Origin: an uncultured Lachnospiraceae bacterium
Lineage (GTDB): Bacteria; Bacillota; Clostridia; Oscillospirales; CAG-272
Direction of reading: 5' to 3'
Length of the DNA: 64,000 bases
Assembly: GCA_964603455.1 (NCBI GenBank)
Contig: CAZRVL010000001.1
Coordinates: forward strand, 17,031 to 81,030
Shown: positions 53,826 to 63,149 of the stretch, in pieces
How positions within the stretch are numbered: the stretch's first letter is position 1
Layout: each line of letters starts with the position of its first letter
Translations under genes and position numbers: made by a program
The notes under the pieces: model-generated
Told to the model about the DNA's origin: nothing
The model's input: only the letters and a program-made list of their open reading frames with translations
Databases searched by the model: none

Positions 53826-56342
53826 TTATTTTTTATAGTTCCAATGCTCATCGGGGAGAATATCATACGGGCGCAGAAATTCGAGCTTTCTGTAGTCACC
53901 GAAATTTTCCTTTGCCTGGAAGCATATTGAAACACCTCCGCTTATATGCTTTCCGACATAGCAACCACGCTTCTCATCATATTCAAGCTCACATTTCGGA
54001 CCTCTCCAAAGATCCCAGACACCGCCGACAAATGCTGTTCCTCCCTTTTCGGGATATATCGTCAGTTCGGCATCGCAAAGTCCGTTTATGACATATCTTT
54101 CATCGTTGTTGACCACAACGTCCGCAACATGTTCGCGCTTTAAAGAGATCTTCGAACGCTTTTCCTGCTTCACGAAGACACGGCAGTCGGTATGTATCCA
54201 TCTTGACAACGGATACGTTCCGATACTGTTGTCGATGGTAAATTCGCTATTGTCAAACGCAGGTGCTCCGAGCGGAGTCGTGTAATTCATCTTTACTGAA
54301 GCATCCTTTGCAAAGAGATTATATACAAGCGAATTGCGGCATTTTGCGAACTGAACTATCGGAAGATTATCATCAACACTGAAGGTCTCAAACGTCAAGC
54401 CATATCCGAACAGCTCAAGCGCACATCTCGGGAGCATCGCAGTCGGGAAATACTTCGAAGGCATGAGCTTCGGAGGGAGTCCGCCCTTGTCTCCGTGAGG
54501 GAACGAGCCGCGTATCCATACAAGCCCCATATCCTTGTTATAGGTCATATACGCACGCTTTTCGCCGTCCTTCGATACCTCGGCAGCGACATAAGTGCTA
54601 CCGTTCGAAATCTCGCCGATACCGCCGTTCGACATGAGAGAGGGATGGGAGATCATATTGGAATATTCATTCACCTCAGCCTTGTCGAGCTTAAGCTCAG
54701 TCGAAAGCTCAAGTTCACCGCAAAGCTCGGTCGAATATGCTATGCCGACAGCATCAAGAAGCTTTCTTGACGCATTTCGCAAACTTCCGACCAGGATAAC
54801 TCTAACACCCTTCTCAATAGCCTCGAACAATGCCGCTTCGAGTCGGCTGTCAGCCTTCGGAACAGGTGTGAAAAGTATAGTGTTCACGAGTCCGGACTTA
54901 TCACAGACGATGAAATTCTCATCGGATATTACGCTGTTCAGCGGCATTCCCATATCAATAGCCGCTTCAACATACCAGTCGTCCATGAAAATCTCCGAGA
55001 TATGTCCCTCATGAAGACCGCTCTCGCAGTATGCCTCGAAGGGATATACCCATGTTACAAGTCCGGCCTCATCGGGATAATCGTTGTATGCGGTAAGAAG
55101 GTGCGGTATGACCTCATTCGGACAACGTTCGGGAAGTCTGCCGTATGAATCGTCTGCCGACAGGAAGCTGAGTCCGAACGGCTTTGTAACCTCAAGCTTT
55201 TCGTCGAGTCGAGCCAAAGCGAGCGGAAGATATATATCATGCGGACTGCGGTCATATCTGTCGAACCACGGCGAATTTATCCACCATGGGTCATGTATAT
55301 AATAACGAAGGTTGAAGCCCTTCTCAGGCAAACGTGCAGTATGCGACATACAGCCTGCAAGCTCAAGACCGAAACGATAGTTGAGCGGTGCCCAGGGAGA
55401 GTTCGGCGGTGCTACAAGGTTCTTTTGAGAATATATCTCATCTATCGGACAGCCGTGCGCCGAAATATCCATTCCGGTCGAGAGATTCGAGCCGCGTGTT
55501 TCGACCCTTGTATCGCCGATCTCGGCTGTGAAATATTTCCAGAACTCAGATATGTTATCGCGCACCTTTTTTGCGCCGTCAAAGTTGAATTCAGTTCCGT
55601 TGAAAAGCTCACCTGTCCAGTTCCAGGAAGCGAGCGAGAAACCGAAGCCGTTCGACAGCCAAATATAGTCAAAGCCCAGATCGCGCTTCATAGCCATGAA
55701 CTGCCGTCCCAAGAACTCACCGATATGCGTACCTTCGGGAATACCGTTCGGATAAGCGGCATAATGCCTGTCATCACCGTGAAGCCTTGATGCACAATGC
55801 ACCCACATCTTGCTTCCCATAATATCGCCCTTGCATATCTCGGTGTGGCGGTTGTATTTAAAGTCTGACCATGCAAATTCAGGTCCCGGATCAAAGGTCT
55901 CGCCTACCTCGATGTCAAAGCCTGTGATCTCTTTACCGACACGCTTCATGATCGAAATTATGCGTTTCAGATCACCATAGGTCATTTCGGGCGGATTTTC
56001 GATGTAGTTCAGCGGATAAGCATGAAGACTGAGACGATCTGCGCGTGAATGCGGGTCTGATTCTCTGTTCCAGTTTCCTATACCGAGATATTTGCACCAT
56101 TCAAAGCTGTCATCCATATTGCCGGAATATTCGAGTATCTCCGAGCCGTCGCTCGTCCAAAAAAGCAGCGCACAGCCCGTTGCATATTTAAGTAGCGGTC
56201 TCCACTGATCAAACAGCTCACGTGCGACCTTTTCAAAGCCTTCATCGCTCATATCTCTGCCAAAAGGCTTAAGGCTTATCTCAAGGCATACTCTTCCGGC
56301 ATTCGTTGTGCTTTTATATTCGTAATTAAACATTATTTTCAC
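53826..56342 (-). CDS. Large cytoplasmic protein of unknown family (candidate carbohydrate-active enzyme)
   Basis: An uninterrupted 838-aa ORF with no signal peptide or TM, and no family motif I can name. It is flanked by the isomerase and SBP4 genes with 12- and 23-nt gaps. Confidence 0.5.
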   Translation of the reverse strand: MKIMFNYEYKSTTNAGRVCLEISLKPFGRDMSDEGFEKVARELFDQWRPLLKYATGCALLFWTSDGSEILEYSGNMDDSFEWCKYLGIGNWNRESDPHSRADRLSLHAYPLNYIENPPEMTYGDLKRIISIMKRVGKEITGFDIEVGETFDPGPEFAWSDFKYNRHTEICKGDIMGSKMWVHCASRLHGDDRHYAAYPNGIPEGTHIGEFLGRQFMAMKRDLGFDYIWLSNGFGFSLASWNWTGELFNGTEFNFDGAKKVRDNISEFWKYFTAEIGDTRVETRGSNLSTGMDISAHGCPIDEIYSQKNLVAPPNSPWAPLNYRFGLELAGCMSHTARLPEKGFNLRYYIHDPWWINSPWFDRYDRSPHDIYLPLALARLDEKLEVTKPFGLSFLSADDSYGRLPERCPNEVIPHLLTAYNDYPDEAGLVTWVYPFEAYCESGLHEGHISEIFMDDWYVEAAIDMGMPLNSVISDENFIVCDKSGLVNTILFTPVPKADSRLEAALFEAIEKGVRVILVGSLRNASRKLLDAVGIAYSTELCGELELSTELKLDKAEVNEYSNMISHPSLMSNGGIGEISNGSTYVAAEVSKDGEKRAYMTYNKDMGLVWIRGSFPHGDKGGLPPKLMPSKYFPTAMLPRCALELFGYGLTFETFSVDDNLPIVQFAKCRNSLVYNLFAKDASVKMNYTTPLGAPAFDNSEFTIDNSIGTYPLSRWIHTDCRVFVKQEKRSKISLKREHVADVVVNNDERYVINGLCDAELTIYPEKGGTAFVGGVWDLWRGPKCELEYDEKRGCYVGKHISGGVSICFQAKENFGDYRKLEFLRPYDILPDEHWNYKK

Positions 56343-56354
56343 CCTTTCTTTAAA

Positions 56355-57791
56355 TCATGCGAGCGGTTTTTCGAGCTTTATGCCCATCATACGCGCAAAT
56401 ATTTCGATTTCCTTCATATGATCTCCGACACCGAGAGCCAGATGATGTGTAGGTCCTGCCGCACACCAACGCTCAACAAATTCATTTGCCGGGACATTGA
56501 AACGGCATTTTGTGTTCGTGTTTCCGGTAGCAGGTATCGCGCCCGGTCTCGATTCACCATTCGCCGCTATCAGCTTCATAGCTCCGTCTCGTCCTACCGA
56601 ACAGGATAACAGCGATATTTCACCGGTTTTAAGCTTAAATTCAACCGAAACTCCCGCCCCGGATTTTCCGTGGAACTTTTTCAGCTTTCGAAGCACCGGA
56701 CGCTCATCGCTGATATTTATATTGTGCGGACCGTCATGACCTATGAGTACGATGTCATCGACCGTATCGAACGGATGAAGCTCCGCAAACGAACCACCGC
56801 CGCCTATGCGGTTCATTATCAGCATAGCCGCTGCAGTCTTCAGATCGGCTTCTCCTGCCAACGGTATCCCGCGGCTCGTAAGGAGTGAATTTCCGATGAT
56901 CAGATTTGATGCTATCCGCTCATATTCATTGCCGTTCTCGCCCTTGTAGTAATATGCCAGTGCGGTAAGACCGTTTTTCTCGACAAGCTCGTCAAGTCCG
57001 ACCGAGCATTTTGCGGCAAGCTCAAGATCCGAATCGCTGACATAATCGGTCAATGGGTCATTCGATGGCTCACGAATATCGAATATCGACTTTATGACTT
57101 CGATGCGTTCCTTCACCTGTTGTTCGGTAACAGAATTGACATATTCACAAAGTTCACACATTTCGAGCATCTTGACATGAGCTCCGAACGCCGCCGAGAA
57201 CGCAGTCGGGTCGGTATTCATGTCATACATTCCATCATAAGTGTGACCGAGATAACCGAATTTCGCATACTTGAATGCCGAGACAGCCGATATTGCACGC
57301 TCCAACAAACCGACACGTTTAGCTATAACCTCACGATCATTTGCAGTCTCGACCAGAAGAAAAGGCTTCTTAGCACCGAGCCGTTCGTAAACTCCGACAA
57401 ACTCAGGCATTGAACATATGTCATCATTCATAAGCTGCATATAAGTTGTGGTTTTGGAGTAATCGAGCCTTTCGAGCGGTTGGAGAGCGACCAATATCTG
57501 AGGTATGTTGAGATATTTCGCAAACGGGAACACGACCTGAGAGGTTATGTAGGTTGACATTATTATGAACAGCGCATCAAGATCGAACGAGGCAGCCTTT
57601 TTAAGGCATATATATGAGCTGTCAATATCATCGGCAAAGCCGAGGTCGATGACTTCAACGTCATCCGAAAAATATTTTGCGAAATCGACCTGTTTTTGTC
57701 TCAGATCATCAAGAAGACCATCAAACTGCGGCCAGTATATGTAGTGACCCATTCCGATAAGTCCTATCCGAGCCTTACGTGTGTGAAGCAT
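56355..57791 (-). CDS. L-fucose/L-arabinose isomerase family protein
   Basis: 478 aa. The N-terminus ARIGLIGMGHYIYWPQFDGLLDDL and overall size fit the COG2407-type sugar isomerases. The SD is weak. Confidence 0.55.
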   Translation of the reverse strand: MLHTRKARIGLIGMGHYIYWPQFDGLLDDLRQKQVDFAKYFSDDVEVIDLGFADDIDSSYICLKKAASFDLDALFIIMSTYITSQVVFPFAKYLNIPQILVALQPLERLDYSKTTTYMQLMNDDICSMPEFVGVYERLGAKKPFLLVETANDREVIAKRVGLLERAISAVSAFKYAKFGYLGHTYDGMYDMNTDPTAFSAAFGAHVKMLEMCELCEYVNSVTEQQVKERIEVIKSIFDIREPSNDPLTDYVSDSDLELAAKCSVGLDELVEKNGLTALAYYYKGENGNEYERIASNLIIGNSLLTSRGIPLAGEADLKTAAAMLIMNRIGGGGSFAELHPFDTVDDIVLIGHDGPHNINISDERPVLRKLKKFHGKSGAGVSVEFKLKTGEISLLSCSVGRDGAMKLIAANGESRPGAIPATGNTNTKCRFNVPANEFVERWCAAGPTHHLALGVGDHMKEIEIFARMMGIKLEKPLA

Positions 57792-57955
57792 TTTTTAGCC
57801 ATAAGTCTCCGATAATACGGAAGCTTCCTTTCGGGATATTTTTATGTGTCGATATAGCGACAAGTTTATATAAATATAATACCACATTAAAACAGCCATG
57901 TAAATGGACAAATCGACCAAAATAGCACAATACGACCACTCAGGTGAATTTTTTC

Positions 57956-57984
57956 TTGACAAATCCACAGTTTGGGTGTAAAAT
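57956..57984 (+). promoter_or_regulatory. Sigma-A type promoter of the AraC gene at 58018
   Basis: TTGACA (57956-57961), 17 nt, TAAAAT (57979-57984). Confidence 0.6.
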
Positions 57985-58017
57985 ATAATCATGATAATTT
58001 TTAGAAAGGAGCATCAA

Positions 58018-58851
58018 ATGAACGACCAGGTTCAGCAGGCAGATTTCGACATACAGATACGCGAACTGCTTTTAGTTCACAAAAACACCTTTATCCATCG
58101 CTTCAAATGGACAGAATACCGCAGCGGACGGATTATAGACGGCTTCACGATGTGCGTATCCGGAAAAGCATACTTCGACTTTGGCAGCTTCGGCTTCGAG
58201 CTGAATGCGGGCGAAGCGGTATTTCTTCCGGCTGCAAGCTCATATGTAGTGCGCTGTGAGAGCGAAGAACCATTCATACATTATACAATCAATTTCAGAC
58301 TCGAACCGAGTGAAGACCCCGACTGCAAGGTAACGGCATTCTCCGAAATATCCGCAGGAAATCTCAGGCATATCACAAGCTCTGACAGCGCAAATATCTA
58401 TCTCGTAAGACTTGAAGAACTGCTGTCTGTCTGGCAAAGCAAAAAAAACGGCTATCGCGTGAAAGCCAAGGCAATATTATATGATCTGCTCTACCTATAC
58501 TTCACCGATGCAGGTCGCACTCACCGAAATCGTGACGAATATAATATGCTCCTCCCCGCAAAAAAACTGCTCGACGCACACTACAGTGGCTCTGAAACTA
58601 CCGCAGAATTAGCAGAGCTGTGCAATATGAGCGTAACGACCTTCAGACGGATGTTCACAAAGCTTTTTGCCATGCCGCCGATGGAATATAAGACAAATAA
58701 GCGCATACTTCGCGCAAAGGATCTTCTGCTCTCGGGACAGTATTCTATAAGCGAAGCGGCACATGAGGTCGGATTTACCGATCCGAATTACTTCACAAGA
58801 GTCTTCAAGGCACGCGAAGGCATCTCACCGTCCGAATTTATTCGCGGCTGA
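58018..58851 (+). CDS. AraC family transcriptional regulator
   Basis: SD AGAAAGGAG lies 6 nt before ATG 58018. Cupin-like N-domain and HTH (GFTDPNYFTRVFKAREGISPSEF). Confidence 0.8.
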   Translation: MNDQVQQADFDIQIRELLLVHKNTFIHRFKWTEYRSGRIIDGFTMCVSGKAYFDFGSFGFELNAGEAVFLPAASSYVVRCESEEPFIHYTINFRLEPSEDPDCKVTAFSEISAGNLRHITSSDSANIYLVRLEELLSVWQSKKNGYRVKAKAILYDLLYLYFTDAGRTHRNRDEYNMLLPAKKLLDAHYSGSETTAELAELCNMSVTTFRRMFTKLFAMPPMEYKTNKRILRAKDLLLSGQYSISEAAHEVGFTDPNYFTRVFKAREGISPSEFIRG

Positions 58852-58856
58852 TATAT

Positions 58857-58900
58857 AAAAAGCTATCCTTCCAAATTTCCACGGAAGGATAGCTTTTTTT
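58857..58900. terminator. Bidirectional terminator
   Basis: AAAAAGCTATCCTTCC-10 nt-GGAAGGATAGCTTTTTTT, a 12-bp stem with A and T runs. Confidence 0.8.
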
Positions 58901-58910
58901 CATTAAATTG

Positions 58911-59933
58911 TCATTCTCTGTTATACTTTCTGAAAAGCTCAATAGCGGGCTTGCCCTTTGGAGTAAAGCCACAGTTTCCGGCAGGGTCTGAGTCGAGGAA
59001 TGGACGATCGAGCTGCTCATCCCACTTCCACCAGCATATTCCGCGCCACCAGCTCTCGTTCTTAAAGGTCTCAACGACCGCTTCGAGATAATTTGCCTGT
59101 TCCATGCCGTCATATTTCGGAGTAAGACTCCAACCGGCAGGACTCATCGCACCGCCCTCTCTCGATGTACAGCCGCATTCGCCGAAAAGCAATGGCTTGC
59201 CGTATATTTCGGCGCATTTTCTGAACCTTTCAAGCAGTGGCACAAATGCTGTCTTCAGCTCTTCGAGTGTAGGATTCGGTTTAGTAGCTGCCTTGTAGTA
59301 GCAGCTTATCGACAGAAGATCGAGGTCATGGAACCAATGATTTTTGTTCTTAACCGCCGCTTCGAAGTCGATATGCCCAAGATGACAGGTGTGACAGGAG
59401 GTTACAGGACCGCTGTAAACCTCTCGAACCGCTCGAATGACCTCCTTCCATTGACTGTTGAAAGGAACTATGAGGTCCAATTCGCTGTCAAGACAGAACA
59501 TTTCGCAGCCTGTGCGCTCGGCTATCTTTGCATAATGAACCGAACGCGCCTTCATGCTCCTGAACCATCTCGCAGCATGATCGGTCGCACAGCCCGGAAT
59601 GCGGTTAGCCGAATCCCATGGAAACCATGTAGAAAGTCTGTCCGAGCCATCAAGTCCTTCGAGCATCGGTCTAAGCTGTATCTTTATGCCAAGACTGTGA
59701 AGATAGTTTATCATATCCACAAGCTCTATATCGGTCGGGGTCAGCTCAAAATCCATGAACTGGAAATTTGCCGAATAGTTCTCCTGGAACACAGTAGCGA
59801 CAAGAGTCACCCACTTTATACCGGCAGCCGCAATAGCATCGGCTTCAGCCTTAGCCTCAGGCGATTCATAATATCCGGCTTTCGCACGGAATCCGAATGT
59901 AACACCATATTGTCTTTCATCGATAACGTTCAT
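58911..59933 (-). CDS. TIM-barrel glycoside hydrolase, clan GH-A-like (GH113/GH5-like), cytoplasmic
   Basis: 340 aa. Beta/alpha-barrel-like pattern with candidate catalytic Glu residues (FCLDSELD, LLFGECGCTS). ATGA overlap with the upstream gene. The family assignment is tentative. Confidence 0.45.
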   Translation of the reverse strand: MNVIDERQYGVTFGFRAKAGYYESPEAKAEADAIAAAGIKWVTLVATVFQENYSANFQFMDFELTPTDIELVDMINYLHSLGIKIQLRPMLEGLDGSDRLSTWFPWDSANRIPGCATDHAARWFRSMKARSVHYAKIAERTGCEMFCLDSELDLIVPFNSQWKEVIRAVREVYSGPVTSCHTCHLGHIDFEAAVKNKNHWFHDLDLLSISCYYKAATKPNPTLEELKTAFVPLLERFRKCAEIYGKPLLFGECGCTSREGGAMSPAGWSLTPKYDGMEQANYLEAVVETFKNESWWRGICWWKWDEQLDRPFLDSDPAGNCGFTPKGKPAIELFRKYNRE

Positions 59934-61573
59934 TTTGATTCTCCTTTTGTGCTCTTAAAAAGAACACCGTATTTTAAATTATTTACAAAAAGCATATCAT
60001 GTTCGGTCGAAAGCTCTGCAGTCTCATCGTCCCAAATATTTATGACTTCAAGTTGTTCGTAAAGCGGTATCTCTATTACCTTTTTAGAGATAATAGACTC
60101 ATCCTTTAAGTCACGCAGTATATTCTTCCAGTTGTACGACTTGTTTCTCAGATAACCGAGTACCGAATTTTTGCCGCGCAGGATGAGAAGAATAAATTCA
60201 TCATCCTCATATACAAATGATCTGAACTCTTCGCGATCAAATTCTATACCGCGTGAAAGTATCTCGATAGGCTTGAAATATTTATAAAGATTCTTTGACT
60301 CGACATATCGTCCGTCCCAATGCCAGATATGACCACAACCTGCCGCACAGCAGAATATCGGAGTATAAACGAGATCACAGAATATCATTCCGTTGTGATC
60401 GGCATTGTAATATCTGAAAGGTCCGGAATGACAGTTGTTGACCGCTCCGGTCTCAGCGACTATAAACGGCTTGTTCGGCTCTGCGAGACGAACTACCGCA
60501 TCACGTATCAGAGCTATCGTGTCATCATGGCAGATCTCATAGCCTGAACCTTGATCGAGGTAGCGATGCACCTGTTTTATATCCGAAAGCTCCCAGACGA
60601 AATTTTTATACAGCTCATATACTCCGTCACAGTCGAAGCTTCCGAGAGAATTCATCACTAAATGCCGCTTGAAAAGTTCCTTTACTTTCGGGAGCATATA
60701 CCTGTTCCATTCGAGCATCTCATTCCAAGGCAAGCAGTTCATTTCGTTCCAAAGCTCTATGCCGAATACAGTCGGATCTCCCGAAAAGCGTTTGGCAAGC
60801 TCTTTGACCTTATAAAGCCACTTTTCGCGCCAAACATCATCTCTGAGCCATTCTGCGGCACTTTTACAGCGTCGGTCTCCGATATAAAGCCGCTTATTGA
60901 ACTTTCGGAAAACATCATCCGAATATGAATCCGAATCCGCGACTCTCTCATAATCAAAGAATCTGAATTGTTCCAGAGTGAGCTTCAGTTTTATATCATA
61001 TTTTTTCGAAAGCTCTACTAGATATTCGATTTTCGAAAGCTTTATATTGTCAAGCACTCCGGCTTCTTCTGTGTCCGGCGAAAAATATTCGTGACCTATC
61101 CATATTCTGACAATATTCACACCGTTTTTGCTGCATTCGCGAAACCAATGCTCGTATTGACGCATTCCGAGATACTTGAAACCCGAGCAACCGAACTCAT
61201 CGCCGTTTGACTTCGAATACGGAGTTATAAAGGCTAAGTTTATGCCTATCGGGCAAAACGAAGTCGAGTCACTGTAGGCAAAATATCTCGGATCTTTCTT
61301 ACTAACTTCAACATATCCGTGCAGATCCGATTCGACACATTCAAATTCTCCGCCGTCAAAGCTGTATACTCCAAGCTCATCCGGGAAAAATCTGACAAGC
61401 TTATAAGGACTCTGAACAGCCGTCACTCTTTCTCCGCCCTCATCATCATAGTAAAATTCTATCGGTTGATATTCAAACGGTTCGAGGATCGTCACTTTTC
61501 CGCTCGGAGACACAAGAGTGATGCTATGCTCACTCTTGTATTCAAATTTTCCGTATAACTTTATCTGCTCCAT
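59930..61573 (-). CDS. GH5-like (clan GH-A) glycoside hydrolase, cytoplasmic
   Basis: Acid/base motif GIELWNEMN and nucleophile-type motif PFIVAETGAV. No signal peptide. Confidence 0.6.
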   Translation of the reverse strand: MEQIKLYGKFEYKSEHSITLVSPSGKVTILEPFEYQPIEFYYDDEGGERVTAVQSPYKLVRFFPDELGVYSFDGGEFECVESDLHGYVEVSKKDPRYFAYSDSTSFCPIGINLAFITPYSKSNGDEFGCSGFKYLGMRQYEHWFRECSKNGVNIVRIWIGHEYFSPDTEEAGVLDNIKLSKIEYLVELSKKYDIKLKLTLEQFRFFDYERVADSDSYSDDVFRKFNKRLYIGDRRCKSAAEWLRDDVWREKWLYKVKELAKRFSGDPTVFGIELWNEMNCLPWNEMLEWNRYMLPKVKELFKRHLVMNSLGSFDCDGVYELYKNFVWELSDIKQVHRYLDQGSGYEICHDDTIALIRDAVVRLAEPNKPFIVAETGAVNNCHSGPFRYYNADHNGMIFCDLVYTPIFCCAAGCGHIWHWDGRYVESKNLYKYFKPIEILSRGIEFDREEFRSFVYEDDEFILLILRGKNSVLGYLRNKSYNWKNILRDLKDESIISKKVIEIPLYEQLEVINIWDDETAELSTEHDMLFVNNLKYGVLFKSTKGESK

Positions 61574-61575
61574 AC

Positions 61576-63048
61576 TCAGTCCTCAAGTGCCATAATATCT
61601 GCAAGATATTCTTCGCACATGGTATTTACAGCTTCTTCCTGCGAAGCCCATGTCGATGCCCAACCCCCGGTCGGTCTAGAGATAGCATTTCTCAAAGTGG
61701 TTGATATAGCTTTCATCATAGGTCCGTGAACCACACCGAAATCAAAGCTGATATGTCCTCTTATAAGATCGAACATCTGTGCGCTTATGTCATCACGCGA
61801 ATACTTTACCTTTAATGCCTTCTCATAGTATGCCGGAGTTACCGAACGATAGTTCTCGCTCGCCAAAGCTTCGAGTACAGCCGCACAATTTTCCACATTT
61901 GCGGTCTTAAGTATTCCGAACAGCGAATAAGTTGCTCTCGATGAGGAAATATATTCGGACTGCTCCTCATCATATTTGGGGTATGGAAGGATACCGAAAT
62001 CGAAATCCATATCTCTGAATATTTCGGAATTTTTAAATTCACCTGTCATAAAAAGTGAGCGTCCATCTGAGAATATCTTAGTCTCATCTGAGTCCTCCGG
62101 CAACTGTTCGAGACAAGAATCGTTTTCCATTATGGTCTTGAATTTGTCGATAAGCGAAACTATCTGCTCAGAGCCAAGAACATATTCAAAAAGTCCTTCT
62201 GAGTTCTTCTCGGTAAGTCTGAGTCCGCAGGACAAAACAAAGTTCGGCGCATGATTCACGTTCGAAAAATAAAATCCGAATTGGTCTTCGAGATCGACCG
62301 AGGTATTGCCGTTTAAGTCGCTGTACATTGACGATGCCATCTCTGTCATCTTGTCAAGCGTCCACTTTCCGTTATTGACCAACTGATACGGATCATCAAG
62401 ATGATTTTGCTCGATCATATTCTTGTTGAAATAAAAGCACATCACCCCTTTTACAACACCAAGGCAGGCTTCTCCCGAACACATATACATACGTCCGTTC
62501 ACCGAAAGCTCATCGACCAACTCAGCCGGCCACCAATCCGAATCGAAGTTGAGATACGGTATGTCACTCTTGAGCAGGTTTACGAACATTCCCTCCTGCG
62601 CAAGATACGGCATTATATTCGAAAGTCCGGCAGCTATATCAATAGAACCGTCATTCGCCAAAACGCTCGATCTCACCGTGTCCATGTATATGTTGCGGTC
62701 ACCCCAGAAGTCCTCGGAAGTGTTCGAGATATATTCGAGGTTCACGTTAAGGCGTTCCTCTATGGCACGGTTTCGGTTGTATATCGCGTCATCGACAATA
62801 TCGCCGCTCTCCTCCGCGTCAAATTCACTTTCGATGGTATCGCCGCGAACATATATTTTAACAGTTGCGTCATTTAGATTTGTGCCGACCGGAATATTGT
62901 CTATCGAGGTCTCGACTCCCGAAGAAATTTGATCATCTGCCGAAGTATCATCAGACTGCATACCATCCGAGTCCGAGCACGCTGTAAAAGAAGTTATCGA
63001 GGCTAACATAGCTACCAAAAGCAGCTTTGAGATCATTCGCTTTTTCAT
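61576..63048 (-). CDS. Solute-binding-protein-type lipoprotein, paralog 5
   Basis: Lipobox TSFTACSD. Motifs FGILPYPKYDEEQSEY and YYEKALKVKYSRDDISAQMFDLIR. Confidence 0.6.
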   Translation of the reverse strand: MKKRMISKLLLVAMLASITSFTACSDSDGMQSDDTSADDQISSGVETSIDNIPVGTNLNDATVKIYVRGDTIESEFDAEESGDIVDDAIYNRNRAIEERLNVNLEYISNTSEDFWGDRNIYMDTVRSSVLANDGSIDIAAGLSNIMPYLAQEGMFVNLLKSDIPYLNFDSDWWPAELVDELSVNGRMYMCSGEACLGVVKGVMCFYFNKNMIEQNHLDDPYQLVNNGKWTLDKMTEMASSMYSDLNGNTSVDLEDQFGFYFSNVNHAPNFVLSCGLRLTEKNSEGLFEYVLGSEQIVSLIDKFKTIMENDSCLEQLPEDSDETKIFSDGRSLFMTGEFKNSEIFRDMDFDFGILPYPKYDEEQSEYISSSRATYSLFGILKTANVENCAAVLEALASENYRSVTPAYYEKALKVKYSRDDISAQMFDLIRGHISFDFGVVHGPMMKAISTTLRNAISRPTGGWASTWASQEEAVNTMCEEYLADIMALED

Positions 63049-63149
63049 TTTATTACCATAGCATTTGCAAATGCAGCTTTACACTGCAAAGCCAAAGCAT
63101 CCTTTCTGTTCCGTATAGAAACATGTTTTTAAAGTTTATTATGAAAAAT

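Noticed and set aside
1261-58017. The ORF-track N-terminal extensions: 1280, 2142, 7503, 8121, 17113, 18714, 24823, 24928, 30171, 33562, 35242, 39154, 46970, 51218, 53814 and 57991.
   Set aside because: In each case an internal ATG has a properly spaced SD (GAAAGGA or AGGAGG type), and a signal peptide, lipobox or family N-terminus begins there. The upstream codons often overlap the SD itself or the preceding gene.
58441-58448. An A8 run inside the AraC gene (WQSKKNGY), read as a frameshift-type phase-variation site.
   Set aside because: The run is short, encodes a natural Lys-Lys-Asn string, and similar A/T runs are common in this AT-rich genome.
379-62932. Many six-frame ORFs lie antisense to or nested in the annotated genes. 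Examples: 379-576, 2976-3620, 5104-5496, 8169-8648, 10471-11109, 25843-26397, 28036-28620, 32561-33058, 37857-38381, 38409-38984, 40251-40931, 45439-45945, 47405-48085, 49253-49930, 55239-55790, 59328-60062 and 62401-62877.
   Set aside because: They are shadow ORFs opposite or overlapping long genes that have clear family signatures. They show low-complexity or odd composition, no SD sites and no recognisable motifs.
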